Below are positions 1-9,603 of a stretch of DNA of 41,341 bases, piece by piece. The stretch comes from Candidatus Kaiserbacteria bacterium. GTDB lineage: Bacteria; Patescibacteriota; Minisyncoccia; Phycocordibacterales; UBA12088. The stretch is taken from NCBI GenBank assembly GCA_007116405.1, contig SKIN01000038.1, forward strand, positions 1 through 41,341, in the 5' to 3' direction. Under the pieces are notes generated by a model. That model was given only the letters and a program-made list of their open reading frames with translations, ran no database searches and was not told the origin of the DNA. Each line of letters starts with the position of its first letter. Positions within the stretch are counted from its first letter, which is position 1. A program made the translations under genes and the position numbers.

Positions 1-1779
1 GCCGGTACCACCGCGGGTGGTGGCAAGGGTTCCCTGCCAGAACGGTGAGAAGGTGTGGGTGTCGCCGATTGAGGTGATGGAAAGGCCGATGTTGGTGTCA
101 CTCGTGGTGGCGAAGGCCTGTGAGGAGGCGGTGAGATCATTAAGAGATTCAATGCCACTACTTACAGTACCAACTTGGTCCTCACTACAGAAGAACGTGC
201 CTGTCACACTATCATACAACAATTTGTCTGTGTTAGTTGCTGAACAGTTGACAAGTCCTGTTTGAAAAAAACCACCTGTAACAGCAAGCGTATCAACAGA
301 AGTAGTGCCAGTGAGAAGAATGCTACCGTCCGGAGTCACCGTTATAAGCGATGTGCCGATGATGGCAGTGCCGTCGGCTGCGTAATACGCCAATTGACCA
401 GCAGTACCTACTCCCACATCCCCCGATCCGCCAACGATAGTGGTACCTCCACCACCACCTGCAGCGCGAGCACTGATAATAGGGTTCTGAGGATCGCTGT
501 AGTCAATGGTGATGTTTCGCCCGGCAACAACGTTGTACAGTAAATTGGACCCAAAGACAGAACCTGCTCCCGCGTCTATGTCAGCACCATCGGTCGCGAC
601 GCCACCCGATGCCGTGAATAAGCCGGTTGTAGTTGCAGAACCATCAATGAGTGTATCGCCAGCAACAGAAAGAGATGCATTCATTATAGCGTTACCCTGC
701 ACAAAGATGTCAGAACCGAGTGTTGCACTACCCGACACCGCCATCGTGCCCCCAACGATAACCGAGCCGCCGACTGATGCCCCTGCGTCTACAGAAAGTG
801 CTCCGAAGGAACCTTGAGGTGCTCGTACCTGTCCCCCGAACAATCCTGTACCGGAAACCGTCAGACTGCCTCCGACCGACGCATCCTGCCCCAGTGTTGT
901 GGTGCCAACGACGAATAATTCGTCTTGAATGGAAACATTGGTACCGATTCGCAATGTCCTTGGGGTCGCCGTGGCTGCGGGTGGACGTGAAAGCAATACC
1001 ACCGGCCCTCTGGGCAATGCATCTAGTGAGTCCTCTCTCGTAAGTAAAGTATTGTCGACACGGACATCAGTAGAGGGTGTGTCTTGCTCCTGTGAAGGAG
1101 TCTCATCGCCACGACTAAACAGTCCCATGAACCAGGCACGTACCGATGATATGACATTTGCAGCCAGAGTATCTTCTGTTGCGGTGTCTTGAGCTATTGC
1201 ATCGTACTCATGTACACCATCGGTCTGATACTGTGTAGATGGATTAGAATCTTCCTTTACCCCGGTGCGAGTGATCATTGTAGCGGAATCCATGATCATG
1301 GAACCGACACTCGCAAACATTCCACGCACTGCATCAGGTTGTGAGAAAAACGTATACGATACTGCCACCAAAACAAGTGTCGCAAGGGACAGTTGGGCAG
1401 TCCTGCGCAGAGCTACAGCAAAAGTACCGAGGATACCGCTTGGAGATCGACGTATGTGTGATGCCGGTTCTGTGAGGGCATGTGTGGGACGTGATGATTC
1501 ATTATCTGTATCTTTCTGCGCGTCTATTCCCACGTTCCTTGCATACTCGGCGCGACGCTCAGCAGCCAGCTCCTCCCGTCGTCGTTGTTTCGCTAGTGCC
1601 ACTCCCTCCAAGTGCGCTGAGAGTGACTCATAGTTTACGTACCACACGTTACCGATCTTCCTGCCCTCTACTACGCCCGTTCGGCACAACCGAGAAACGT
1701 AGTCAGAAACAATACCTGCACGCGAGGCGGCCTCCTTGGAAGGTATCCAATTAATCTGTGGTGGAACGGGTTCGGGCAT
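1..1779 (-). CDS. Large membrane-anchored surface protein, 3'-partial (runs off the left edge): N-terminal MerR/excisionase-like HTH, one TM helix, then Gly/Ser/Thr-rich beta-helix or fibre-like repeats
   Basis: Absent from the supplied ORF track because it has no in-window stop. Manual translation from ATG at 1779 gives MPEPVPPQINWIPSKEAASRAGIVSDYVSRLCRTGVVEGRKIGNVWYVNYESL..., then TM LSLATLVLVAVSYTFF, then ...GSLTVSGTGLFGGQVRAPQGSFGALSVDAGASVGGSVIVGGTMAVSGSATLGSDIFVQGNAIMNASLSVAGDTLIDG.... I translated the 5' ~290 codons line by line without a stop and read the remaining ~300 codons to position 1 more quickly. An in-frame TAG lies 27 nt upstream of the ATG. The + strand track ORFs 17..1754 are antisense shadows. 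Confidence 0.8.
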   Translation of the reverse strand, partial: MPEPVPPQINWIPSKEAASRAGIVSDYVSRLCRTGVVEGRKIGNVWYVNYESLSAHLEGVALAKQRRREELAAERRAEYARNVGIDAQKDTDNESSRPTHALTEPASHIRRSPSGILGTFAVALRRTAQLSLATLVLVAVSYTFFSQPDAVRGMFASVGSMIMDSATMITRTGVKEDSNPSTQYQTDGVHEYDAIAQDTATEDTLAANVISSVRAWFMGLFSRGDETPSQEQDTPSTDVRVDNTLLTREDSLDALPRGPVVLLSRPPAATATPRTLRIGTNVSIQDELFVVGTTTLGQDASVGGSLTVSGTGLFGGQVRAPQGSFGALSVDAGASVGGSVIVGGTMAVSGSATLGSDIFVQGNAIMNASLSVAGDTLIDGSATTTGLFTASGGVATDGADIDAGAGSVFGSNLLYNVVAGRNITIDYSDPQNPIISARAAGGGGGTTIVGGSGDVGVGTAGQLAYYAADGTAIIGTSLITVTPDGSILLTGTTSVDTLAVTGGFFQTGLVNCSATNTDKLLYDSVTGTFFCSEDQVGTVSSGIESLNDLTASSQAFATTSDTNIGLSITSIGDTHTFSPFWQGTLATTRGGTG

Positions 1780-1847
1780 GTATCCGTAACTTCTATGTCT
1801 CCTCTAGCTAAATCGGACGTGCACAAGATCAGGGTGTTTGCATCACG

Positions 1848-1863
1848 TATACTTGAAAGTATA
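1848..1863. promoter_or_regulatory. 16-bp palindrome TATACTTGAAAGTATA carrying a -10-like TATACT on each strand; candidate promoter or operator about 70-85 nt upstream of the 1779 gene
   Basis: Perfect 7-bp arms with a 2-bp spacer. TATACT is the hexamer recurring at other promoters in this window. Confidence 0.3.
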
Positions 1864-2149
1864 GCGCGTCACTGGGTGTCGCACGTACACTCGATAGAAA
1901 AATACTGTGGAAAACAAAAATACAAACATCACTCGCAGGATGAGGCGAGAAGTAATATGAAGTGGAGAGCAGGTACTGACATATTGTCACAAGCTGTAAA
2001 GGCTATGATGATGGATATACAAACTAACAGTCCTCCGTAAAATACGCTGGCAACGGATTTACTCGATGCCCTCAGAAAAGATTGGTGATGTGAGGTCCGC
2101 CTACAACACACGCATTATGTATGTGTGACTTTTGATAATGAATCCCCTA

Positions 2150-2172
2150 CAAAACGCATATGATGCAATGCG
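2150..2172 (-). terminator. Weak candidate intrinsic terminator downstream of the ATPase operon
   Basis: Minus-strand CGCAT-TGCATCAT-ATGCG followed by TTTTG, about 80-100 nt after the epsilon stop. Only a 5-bp stem. Confidence 0.3.
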
Positions 2173-2248
2173 AGTGGGAAAGAATCGATGTGTACACGTT
2201 CGAATTACATCTACATAACGTTCGTACATGTATCGCTTAAACGAGATA

Positions 2249-2509
2249 CTATGTAATTTCTGTGTATATTCTGATATTATTACCTTTTACGTACATGACC
2301 GCTTGCTCGAACTGGTAGGTCATGTCACCCTCCTGTGCGGTATGAACAACGATAGGCTCATTCCGAATGAGGGTGACGAAGTTGGCGTGCATAGGTAGTA
2401 CGTCAAAAGGTCCGTCACTGTTCTTTGACGATACGGCAGTCGCATCCCCTTCCCACACCACAGTTGTGGCCTTACTTATCCGCACCTTCAATGTCTCGTC
2501 TTCACTCAT
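2249..2509 (-). CDS. atpC: F-type ATPase epsilon subunit, short form (beta-sandwich domain only, 86 aa)
   Basis: It is the last gene after beta. The pattern LKVRISKATTVVWEGDATAVSSKNSDGPFDVLPMHANFVTLI matches the N-terminal epsilon fold (l.v.ivtP....f.g.v..v..p...GefgiLpgHap.it.l). There is no C-terminal helical hairpin. Confidence 0.75.
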   Translation of the reverse strand: MSEDETLKVRISKATTVVWEGDATAVSSKNSDGPFDVLPMHANFVTLIRNEPIVVHTAQEGDMTYQFEQAVMYVKGNNIRIYTEIT

Positions 2510-2518
2510 GATCTCTTA

Positions 2519-4730
<2,212 letters not shown>

Positions 4731-4743
<13 letters not shown>

Positions 4744-6179
4744 AACGATTGTAGTGGTGGAACAACCTCGTGCTCAACCTTGGCGAGGAACTTGTTCAGG
4801 TCTCTTTCTTTGGAAACCAGGTCACGTACCGATACGCATGCATCAGAACGCACGTATTCGAGGATGGGGTGGAGGTTCTTTGAGAAAAATGTAGCATCCT
4901 TGCCCGTACTAAAACTTGTAAAGACAAGTGCCAAAAGAACGACCTGAACATCCACAGGTAACCGCTCACCCTCATTTTGATTCATGAGTAAGCGTAGCAC
5001 CGACCCCATTGCAAGTATCGTTCGGGATGCTTCCGAGAGCTCGGACCCGAATTGTGTAAACCGCTCTTGCTCCTTGGCATCGGCAAGAAGTGTGGTGATG
5101 CTCGTGGCAAGCTGTTTTTGTATCACGGTATGTGCGTGCTTTCCGACACGGGTAACAGACTCTTGTTCAAGAATAGGTGGAAACGTACCCTGCGCATACA
5201 ATGCACTAGAGAACTGCAAATGGCCGTCTGTAGTACCCATGACGTTGGTCATGATCAAGTCTGTGGTAGCTTCAATATCCGTCTGTAATAGCGGAAGTAA
5301 TGTGATAGAACCACCTTGTTCGAAACTACCAGCGCGTTCGATAAGATGAGCCTGTTGGTAGAATATGTCGCCAGGATAACTTTCACGTCCAGGAAGACGA
5401 CCCTCAAGTAATGCTTTCTCCCGGAGATATTTAGCATGCGTATAAAGGTCGTCTAAGATCAGCACTACATCTTTTCCTTGCTCGGAGAAGTATTCTGCCA
5501 TGAACATCCCGACGGAGGGAGCGATCGTATTAAGAGGTGCTCCATCCTCGGATGTGCCCGCAATGATGTAGGTATACGCAGATGCACCTCCCTCAAATAG
5601 CACCTCTGCAAGGCGTCGGATCATCGCTCCTGATTTGCCGATAGTAGTGTAAATACAGACCGTGTCGGTGCCTGCTTGATTCCGGATAAGCTCCCTGCAA
5701 AAAGGTTCGACGCCACTCTGGATGGGACCCATGAGAAGTTGCCGTTGCCCCTTGGCTATCGGGAGGACCGCATCGACAAGCGCGTACCCGGACATTAGCT
5801 GACGCTGTATGGGTCCACGCCGAGCAAGATCACCCGCCTCACGCTCAAGCACGAGGGGCGCATTTCGAGGTGGCAAGGCCCCTTTCCCGTCAATTGGGTC
5901 ACCGAGCGGGTTGATGACTCGACCCATAAGAAAGTCACCGATAGCCAGCTGGTCCTCTTGCGCCCTAAGTTCAAACTGTTCCCCCGGACGCACATCACTT
6001 TGGTCAAGCAACACAGCCTCTATCGCGTCATGGGAGAGTCCGGTCACAAGCGCGCGCTCACCTTCACTATTCACAATGATGTCATGCACGCGCGCTGACG
6101 GAAGTCCCTCTATCGAAACCAAGTAGTGCTTTGTAGCGCGTACGATACCTATTTCCTTATTGTACAGTTGTTGCTCCAT
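4731..6179 (-). CDS. atpA: F-type ATPase alpha subunit with degenerate Walker A
   Basis: PIAKGQRQLLMGPIQSGVEPFCRELIRNQ aligns to E. coli alpha [29 protein letters not shown]. Also LILDDLYTHAKYLREKALLEGRLPGRESYPGDIFYQQAHLIERAG versus [45 protein letters not shown]. Confidence 0.93.
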
Positions 6180-6681
6180 GGAGATGTGTATTGAAGGTTT
6201 GCACTATTTGCTCTCGATCCTTCTCGATAAAGTAGTGAAGTGACAGGTCATGGTAAATGTGCTTCCAGATGATGCCACACCCACCGGTTGCGCGCGGGTC
6301 TATATGAAGCGACATGAGAATGTTCGGCTGGATATTAGCACGTAGCCATTTGCCAAAGCCTTCTATTTGCTCTGGTTTGAAGCGAACAGGCACATACAGC
6401 GTGACGGATGGCACGGTAGTGAGTTCTTCTTGAACTGTATCTAGCGCTTCGTAGACCATGATCGGTTGAATATCAGTGGTGTTGAAGTCGCGCTCCCACT
6501 CCTTGAGTGCATCAATGGTGTATCGGTCGCATTCACCCCGTACCACTTCCTCTAAAGTCCGCGTGCTTCCCTCAACAAATAGGCGCTCCCCATAGTACTT
6601 ACGCATAAGCCCGAGTCGCTCGACCAGAGCGTCGGTGGTATACGTGTTCTTGAGCATGATACTAATGATCTTGACGAGCAT
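6157..6681 (-). CDS. atpH: F-type ATPase delta (OSCP)-like subunit
   Basis: Sits between the b-like gene and alpha. The C-terminal half VTLYVPVRFKPEQIEGFGKWLRANIQPNILMSLHIDPRATGGCGIIWKHIYHDLSLHYFIEK follows the delta pattern (..l...q...i...l......v.l....D.sl.GG..i..gd.v.D.S). The N-terminal half is divergent. Confidence 0.7.
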   Translation of the reverse strand: MLVKIISIMLKNTYTTDALVERLGLMRKYYGERLFVEGSTRTLEEVVRGECDRYTIDALKEWERDFNTTDIQPIMVYEALDTVQEELTTVPSVTLYVPVRFKPEQIEGFGKWLRANIQPNILMSLHIDPRATGGCGIIWKHIYHDLSLHYFIEKDREQIVQTFNTHLHGATTVQ

Positions 6682-6690
6682 GGTACTATG

Positions 6691-7551
6691 TTAGACGAAT
6701 ACCCCCCTACGCTTTGCTTCTTCTAGTGAGCGGTACACGAGGTCTGCTTGATCCTGTAATGACAGTTTCTTTTGCAATGCTATCTGTGCAGTCTCCTCTA
6801 TGAGGACCAGGATTCGCTCATTGACAAGACGCATTCGAGCCTCCCTGTATTTCCCTAATTCGTGAGAGAGGGTCGCAAACTCTTGTTCAATGTTGACCCG
6901 AAGCGCTTCATCGAGACCTTCTGCGACTTTGACGATCGAGTGGGCTGTTTCTTGTCCTATTTTACGCATCTCCTCCCTCACGACCTGAGCGTTCTTGTCG
7001 GATTCATTTGCTGCAGCCTCTTGAAGGGCAAGTGCAAGATGCTGTATCCCTTTCTCAACGTTCTCTATCTCAAGCGATAAACGGTCGAACAACTGACTTG
7101 ATTGACCCGTAAAACTCTCCATACTGTGCTTTGCCTCGTCTGCATTAAGAGCAACCCGCTGTTCGATGTTCTGAAGAGCTTCAACAAAACGACTGGTTGC
7201 TCGCATATGCTCTTTCTCTACCCCGTACGACAGCTCTTTGATGGACTTCTCGAGCTGAAAACGGTATGCATCGAGAAAGTGTTCTATGCTCTGCTTGTCC
7301 TCATGAATCGCTTTTATACGTTCACGCTCTATGGAATCACGTAGCGAGCGGGCCTCCGCCATTGCCTCGTCGACGATGATCTGCGCTCGTTCTTCAGCTC
7401 TGACTATTACTTCTTTTGCCTTCTCCGGAGTCAAGGTGACTCGCTGGCGATAGACCATGAGACCCAACACGACGATAAGCCCGAGCGTAATGAGCACCAT
7501 GAGCACAAGTGCTATCAGTAAGATGTGTGGTGAGTTTGCGATGGTATCCAT
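6691..7551 (-). CDS. ATPase b-like peripheral stalk protein, unusually long (286 aa): N-terminal TM plus about 240 aa of coiled coil
   Basis: TM ILLIALVLMVLITLGLIVVLGLMV, then Glu/Arg/Ala-rich heptad sequence. The C-terminus ERILVLIEETAQIALQKKLSLQDQADLVYRSLEE resembles the b C-terminus ([34 protein letters not shown]). The track start at 7593 is TTG; I prefer the ATG at 7551, 13 nt after the upstream stop. Confidence 0.6.
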   Translation of the reverse strand: MDTIANSPHILLIALVLMVLITLGLIVVLGLMVYRQRVTLTPEKAKEVIVRAEERAQIIVDEAMAEARSLRDSIERERIKAIHEDKQSIEHFLDAYRFQLEKSIKELSYGVEKEHMRATSRFVEALQNIEQRVALNADEAKHSMESFTGQSSQLFDRLSLEIENVEKGIQHLALALQEAAANESDKNAQVVREEMRKIGQETAHSIVKVAEGLDEALRVNIEQEFATLSHELGKYREARMRLVNERILVLIEETAQIALQKKLSLQDQADLVYRSLEEAKRRGVFV

Positions 7552-7564
7552 AATGTGCACGTTA

Positions 7565-8404
7565 TCAAGGAGCCATGATAATGGCGACGGCAACAGCGAA
7601 TCCTATGCCGCTAATAACAATAAGTAAGAAGGCGTTCCAAAGTACCATCGAACGGATCTGCGACCTGGCAAGTGGATTGCGACCAACGGATATGACGCTC
7701 TGGGAAAAGGCGTCTCCAAATCGACGTGCTGCGACGATGACCGTCCCCACTGCAACAATAGACGCGAGCAAGTACCGGAACATTTTGAAGAGGTCCAGAC
7801 CCCGTTCGCCGTCCGGCTGTGTTGAGCCGGGCATATATCCCAGTGCTGTCGTCGACGCAAGGAACGCGGAACTCTGGCCGCTTACGTACGGACCGATACG
7901 CAATGCTACAGGCACACTACCGACGCGAATGGTCCTACCTTCAAGGTCGAGAATATCTCCGGTCAGAACCATGTCCTCAAGAGCAAACCCCATGACGTAC
8001 GCTCCTTGGTCACGACTGATGCGCTGGCCTTTGCCCGCAATGTACGAGGTGGTTACCAGATCCCCTGCCAGTATAGGGCCTGTGGCGTCTGTCACGTTGA
8101 CCGAGACATTTCCATATCGAACAACAGGCACTGCACCCTCTTCATCAGCGCCATCTGTCATGTACATGACTGGTTCGAGTACAACAACACCAAACATCAT
8201 TTCGTCTTCAGGCAACTGGCTGGGGTGCACGGTTCCCGACTCGGCATCATACGAAACTATGTCACCGTCAATGACATCCCCACGAGCAACGAAGGGAGAT
8301 GCTACGGTGGCTTCAGGGCCGAACGAAACCGCCGTCGCGCTCAAAGGCACGACGACGAGTCCAATAAAGTACATAAAACAAGCAACGAGCCCTGCAGCCT
8401 TCAT
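7565..8404 (-). CDS. First gene of the ATPase operon: signal peptide plus about 200-aa beta-rich extracytoplasmic domain plus a C-terminal two-helix hairpin resembling ATPase subunit c
   Basis: Signal peptide MKAAGLVACFMYFIGLVVVPLSATA. The C-terminus SQSVISVGRNPLARSQIRSMVLWNAFLLIVISGIGFAVAVAIIM aligns with chloroplast c [44 protein letters not shown] (R-N/Q-P loop and the following IR conserved). The position of the essential Glu is Ile. Confidence 0.55.
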   Translation of the reverse strand: MKAAGLVACFMYFIGLVVVPLSATAVSFGPEATVASPFVARGDVIDGDIVSYDAESGTVHPSQLPEDEMMFGVVVLEPVMYMTDGADEEGAVPVVRYGNVSVNVTDATGPILAGDLVTTSYIAGKGQRISRDQGAYVMGFALEDMVLTGDILDLEGRTIRVGSVPVALRIGPYVSGQSSAFLASTTALGYMPGSTQPDGERGLDLFKMFRYLLASIVAVGTVIVAARRFGDAFSQSVISVGRNPLARSQIRSMVLWNAFLLIVISGIGFAVAVAIIMAP

Positions 8405-8410
8405 GAAAAC

Positions 8411-8419
8411 AGTATACCA
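8411..8419 (-). promoter_or_regulatory. Extended -10 promoter TGGTATACT, 6 nt upstream of ATG 8404 (leaderless ATPase operon mRNA)
   Basis: Minus strand reads TTGGTATACT-GTTTTC-ATGAAG. No SD sequence. Confidence 0.5.
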
Positions 8420-8499
8420 ATGGACTCAACGAAAAAGAACGCAAGGGCTGTGTACAGAGAACATTTTGCATCCGCCACAACCCCGCAACCAGCGATGAC

Positions 8500-9510
8500 T
8501 TAAGATAAAAGCAGATAGAGAAGGAGAAACATTGCGAAGACCACGAGCGCGCCTAGGACAGGAATGGCGAGTGAACGCTGCCTGTGCTCGCCCCTACGTA
8601 CGCTGCGAGTACCCTGATCGAAGGAACGATGTCCGTACGCATCAAGAGTGGCATCCCCCGCATCGATGCACAAGCGTGCATCACGCCTTGGCGCTCGACG
8701 ACCTGAGTGTTGTCTTGTCGCTGAGGCGATCACCACGCCGTCAACAGATACACTCTGTCTTGGTGACGCAGAGGAAGTGACCAAGGGCCGAGGTGTATCC
8801 GAGATATGATTCAAAATAGCGCCTGCATTCCTTCTTGAGTGCCTCTTAGGTCGCACGCCGGAGAGGGAGGCGGTTGAACGTTCACGCGCCAACAATGAAC
8901 GCGAGCGAATGGGTACAGTCTTCACTCCACCAACAACATCGCTCGGGACATCGTGCGCTTCCGTGTCTAAAGGTGTCTGGGGGGAGTCTTCGCTCTCAAC
9001 CGATCGTAGTAATGACTCTGAAACGAAGGGCTCGTAGCGAATGTCCGAGCGGACGAGAGGGTCAAGGGTTGCGTTCCTGCTTTTTTTTGGTGCCGGGAAG
9101 AGATCACCTGACCACACTTCAACATCAACCTCCGAGTGCTCTTCGGGGGGTATTTCCGCATACATTGGTGCCCCTCTTGAGGTCGGCGCGGAGAAATGCA
9201 TATCCTGACGATCGTCTTCTGTCGCTATTGCTCGGCTATCCGAAATCATTTGATTTTCTGTTGTTTTTTCGTCAGTCCGTCGACCTTGAACTCTCGGCTT
9301 CTTAGGGTTCTTTAGTGTGTAATGAACACCCAGCTTATGTTTCCGAATAGAGTCCTCAGACACATACCAACTTCTGCCAATGAGTTGCGCGTCGAGCTTA
9401 CCAGCACGGCACAGCTGCCCTACGTAGTCCTTTGTGTAGCCATACAACTGGGAAGCTCGTCCTGACGATACATATTTTCTCCCCTCAAGTACTATGGAGT
9501 CATCAGCCAT
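8500..9510 (-). CDS. Tail-anchored protein: N-terminal MerR/excisionase-like HTH, long low-complexity linker, C-terminal TM
   Basis: YVSSGRASQLYGYTKDYVGQLCRAGKLDAQLIGRSWYVSEDSI is paralogous to the N-terminus of the 1..1779 protein (shared S..AS...G...DYV..LCR.G......IG..WYV). C-terminal TM AIPVLGALVVFAMFLLLYLLL. Confidence 0.8.
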   Translation of the reverse strand: MADDSIVLEGRKYVSSGRASQLYGYTKDYVGQLCRAGKLDAQLIGRSWYVSEDSIRKHKLGVHYTLKNPKKPRVQGRRTDEKTTENQMISDSRAIATEDDRQDMHFSAPTSRGAPMYAEIPPEEHSEVDVEVWSGDLFPAPKKSRNATLDPLVRSDIRYEPFVSESLLRSVESEDSPQTPLDTEAHDVPSDVVGGVKTVPIRSRSLLARERSTASLSGVRPKRHSRRNAGAILNHISDTPRPLVTSSASPRQSVSVDGVVIASATRQHSGRRAPRRDARLCIDAGDATLDAYGHRSFDQGTRSVRRGEHRQRSLAIPVLGALVVFAMFLLLYLLLS

Positions 9511-9516
9511 GTGCTT

Positions 9517-9522
9517 AGTATA
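9517..9522 (-). promoter_or_regulatory. -10 hexamer TATACT, 6 nt upstream of ATG 9510 (leaderless)
   Basis: Minus strand reads GCAGTATATACT-AAGCAC-ATGGCTGAT. Confidence 0.45.
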
Positions 9523-9603
9523 TACTGCAATACGCTTACGGCGTTGCTCGATCAGGTATAGACTGTGGAAAACTCGACTGCACGATATCCTTTCTGGTTA
9601 CGC

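Noticed and set aside
2190-2215. tRNA/tmRNA-like T-loop string GTTCGAAT in the 470-bp gap.
   Set aside because: The flanking bases do not form a T-stem, only a 4-bp TGTA/TACA pairing with an 11-nt loop. No acceptor, D or anticodon arms and no CCA-proximal GC-rich stem are present. No other GGTTCGAATCC-type motif occurs outside CDSs in the window.
7575-8498. Long + strand ORFs: 7575..8498 (307 aa), 31532..32419, 31765..32841 (358 aa), 26377..27090, 11953..12621, 40412..41017 and 17..1754. Also the - strand ORF 28333..29037, which is antisense to the GT gene.
   Set aside because: Each lies entirely antisense to a CDS with clear family motifs. Their translations are low-complexity (Ser/Arg/Pro/Ala-rich) with no recognisable domains. 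They are typical shadow ORFs of a moderately GC-rich coding strand.
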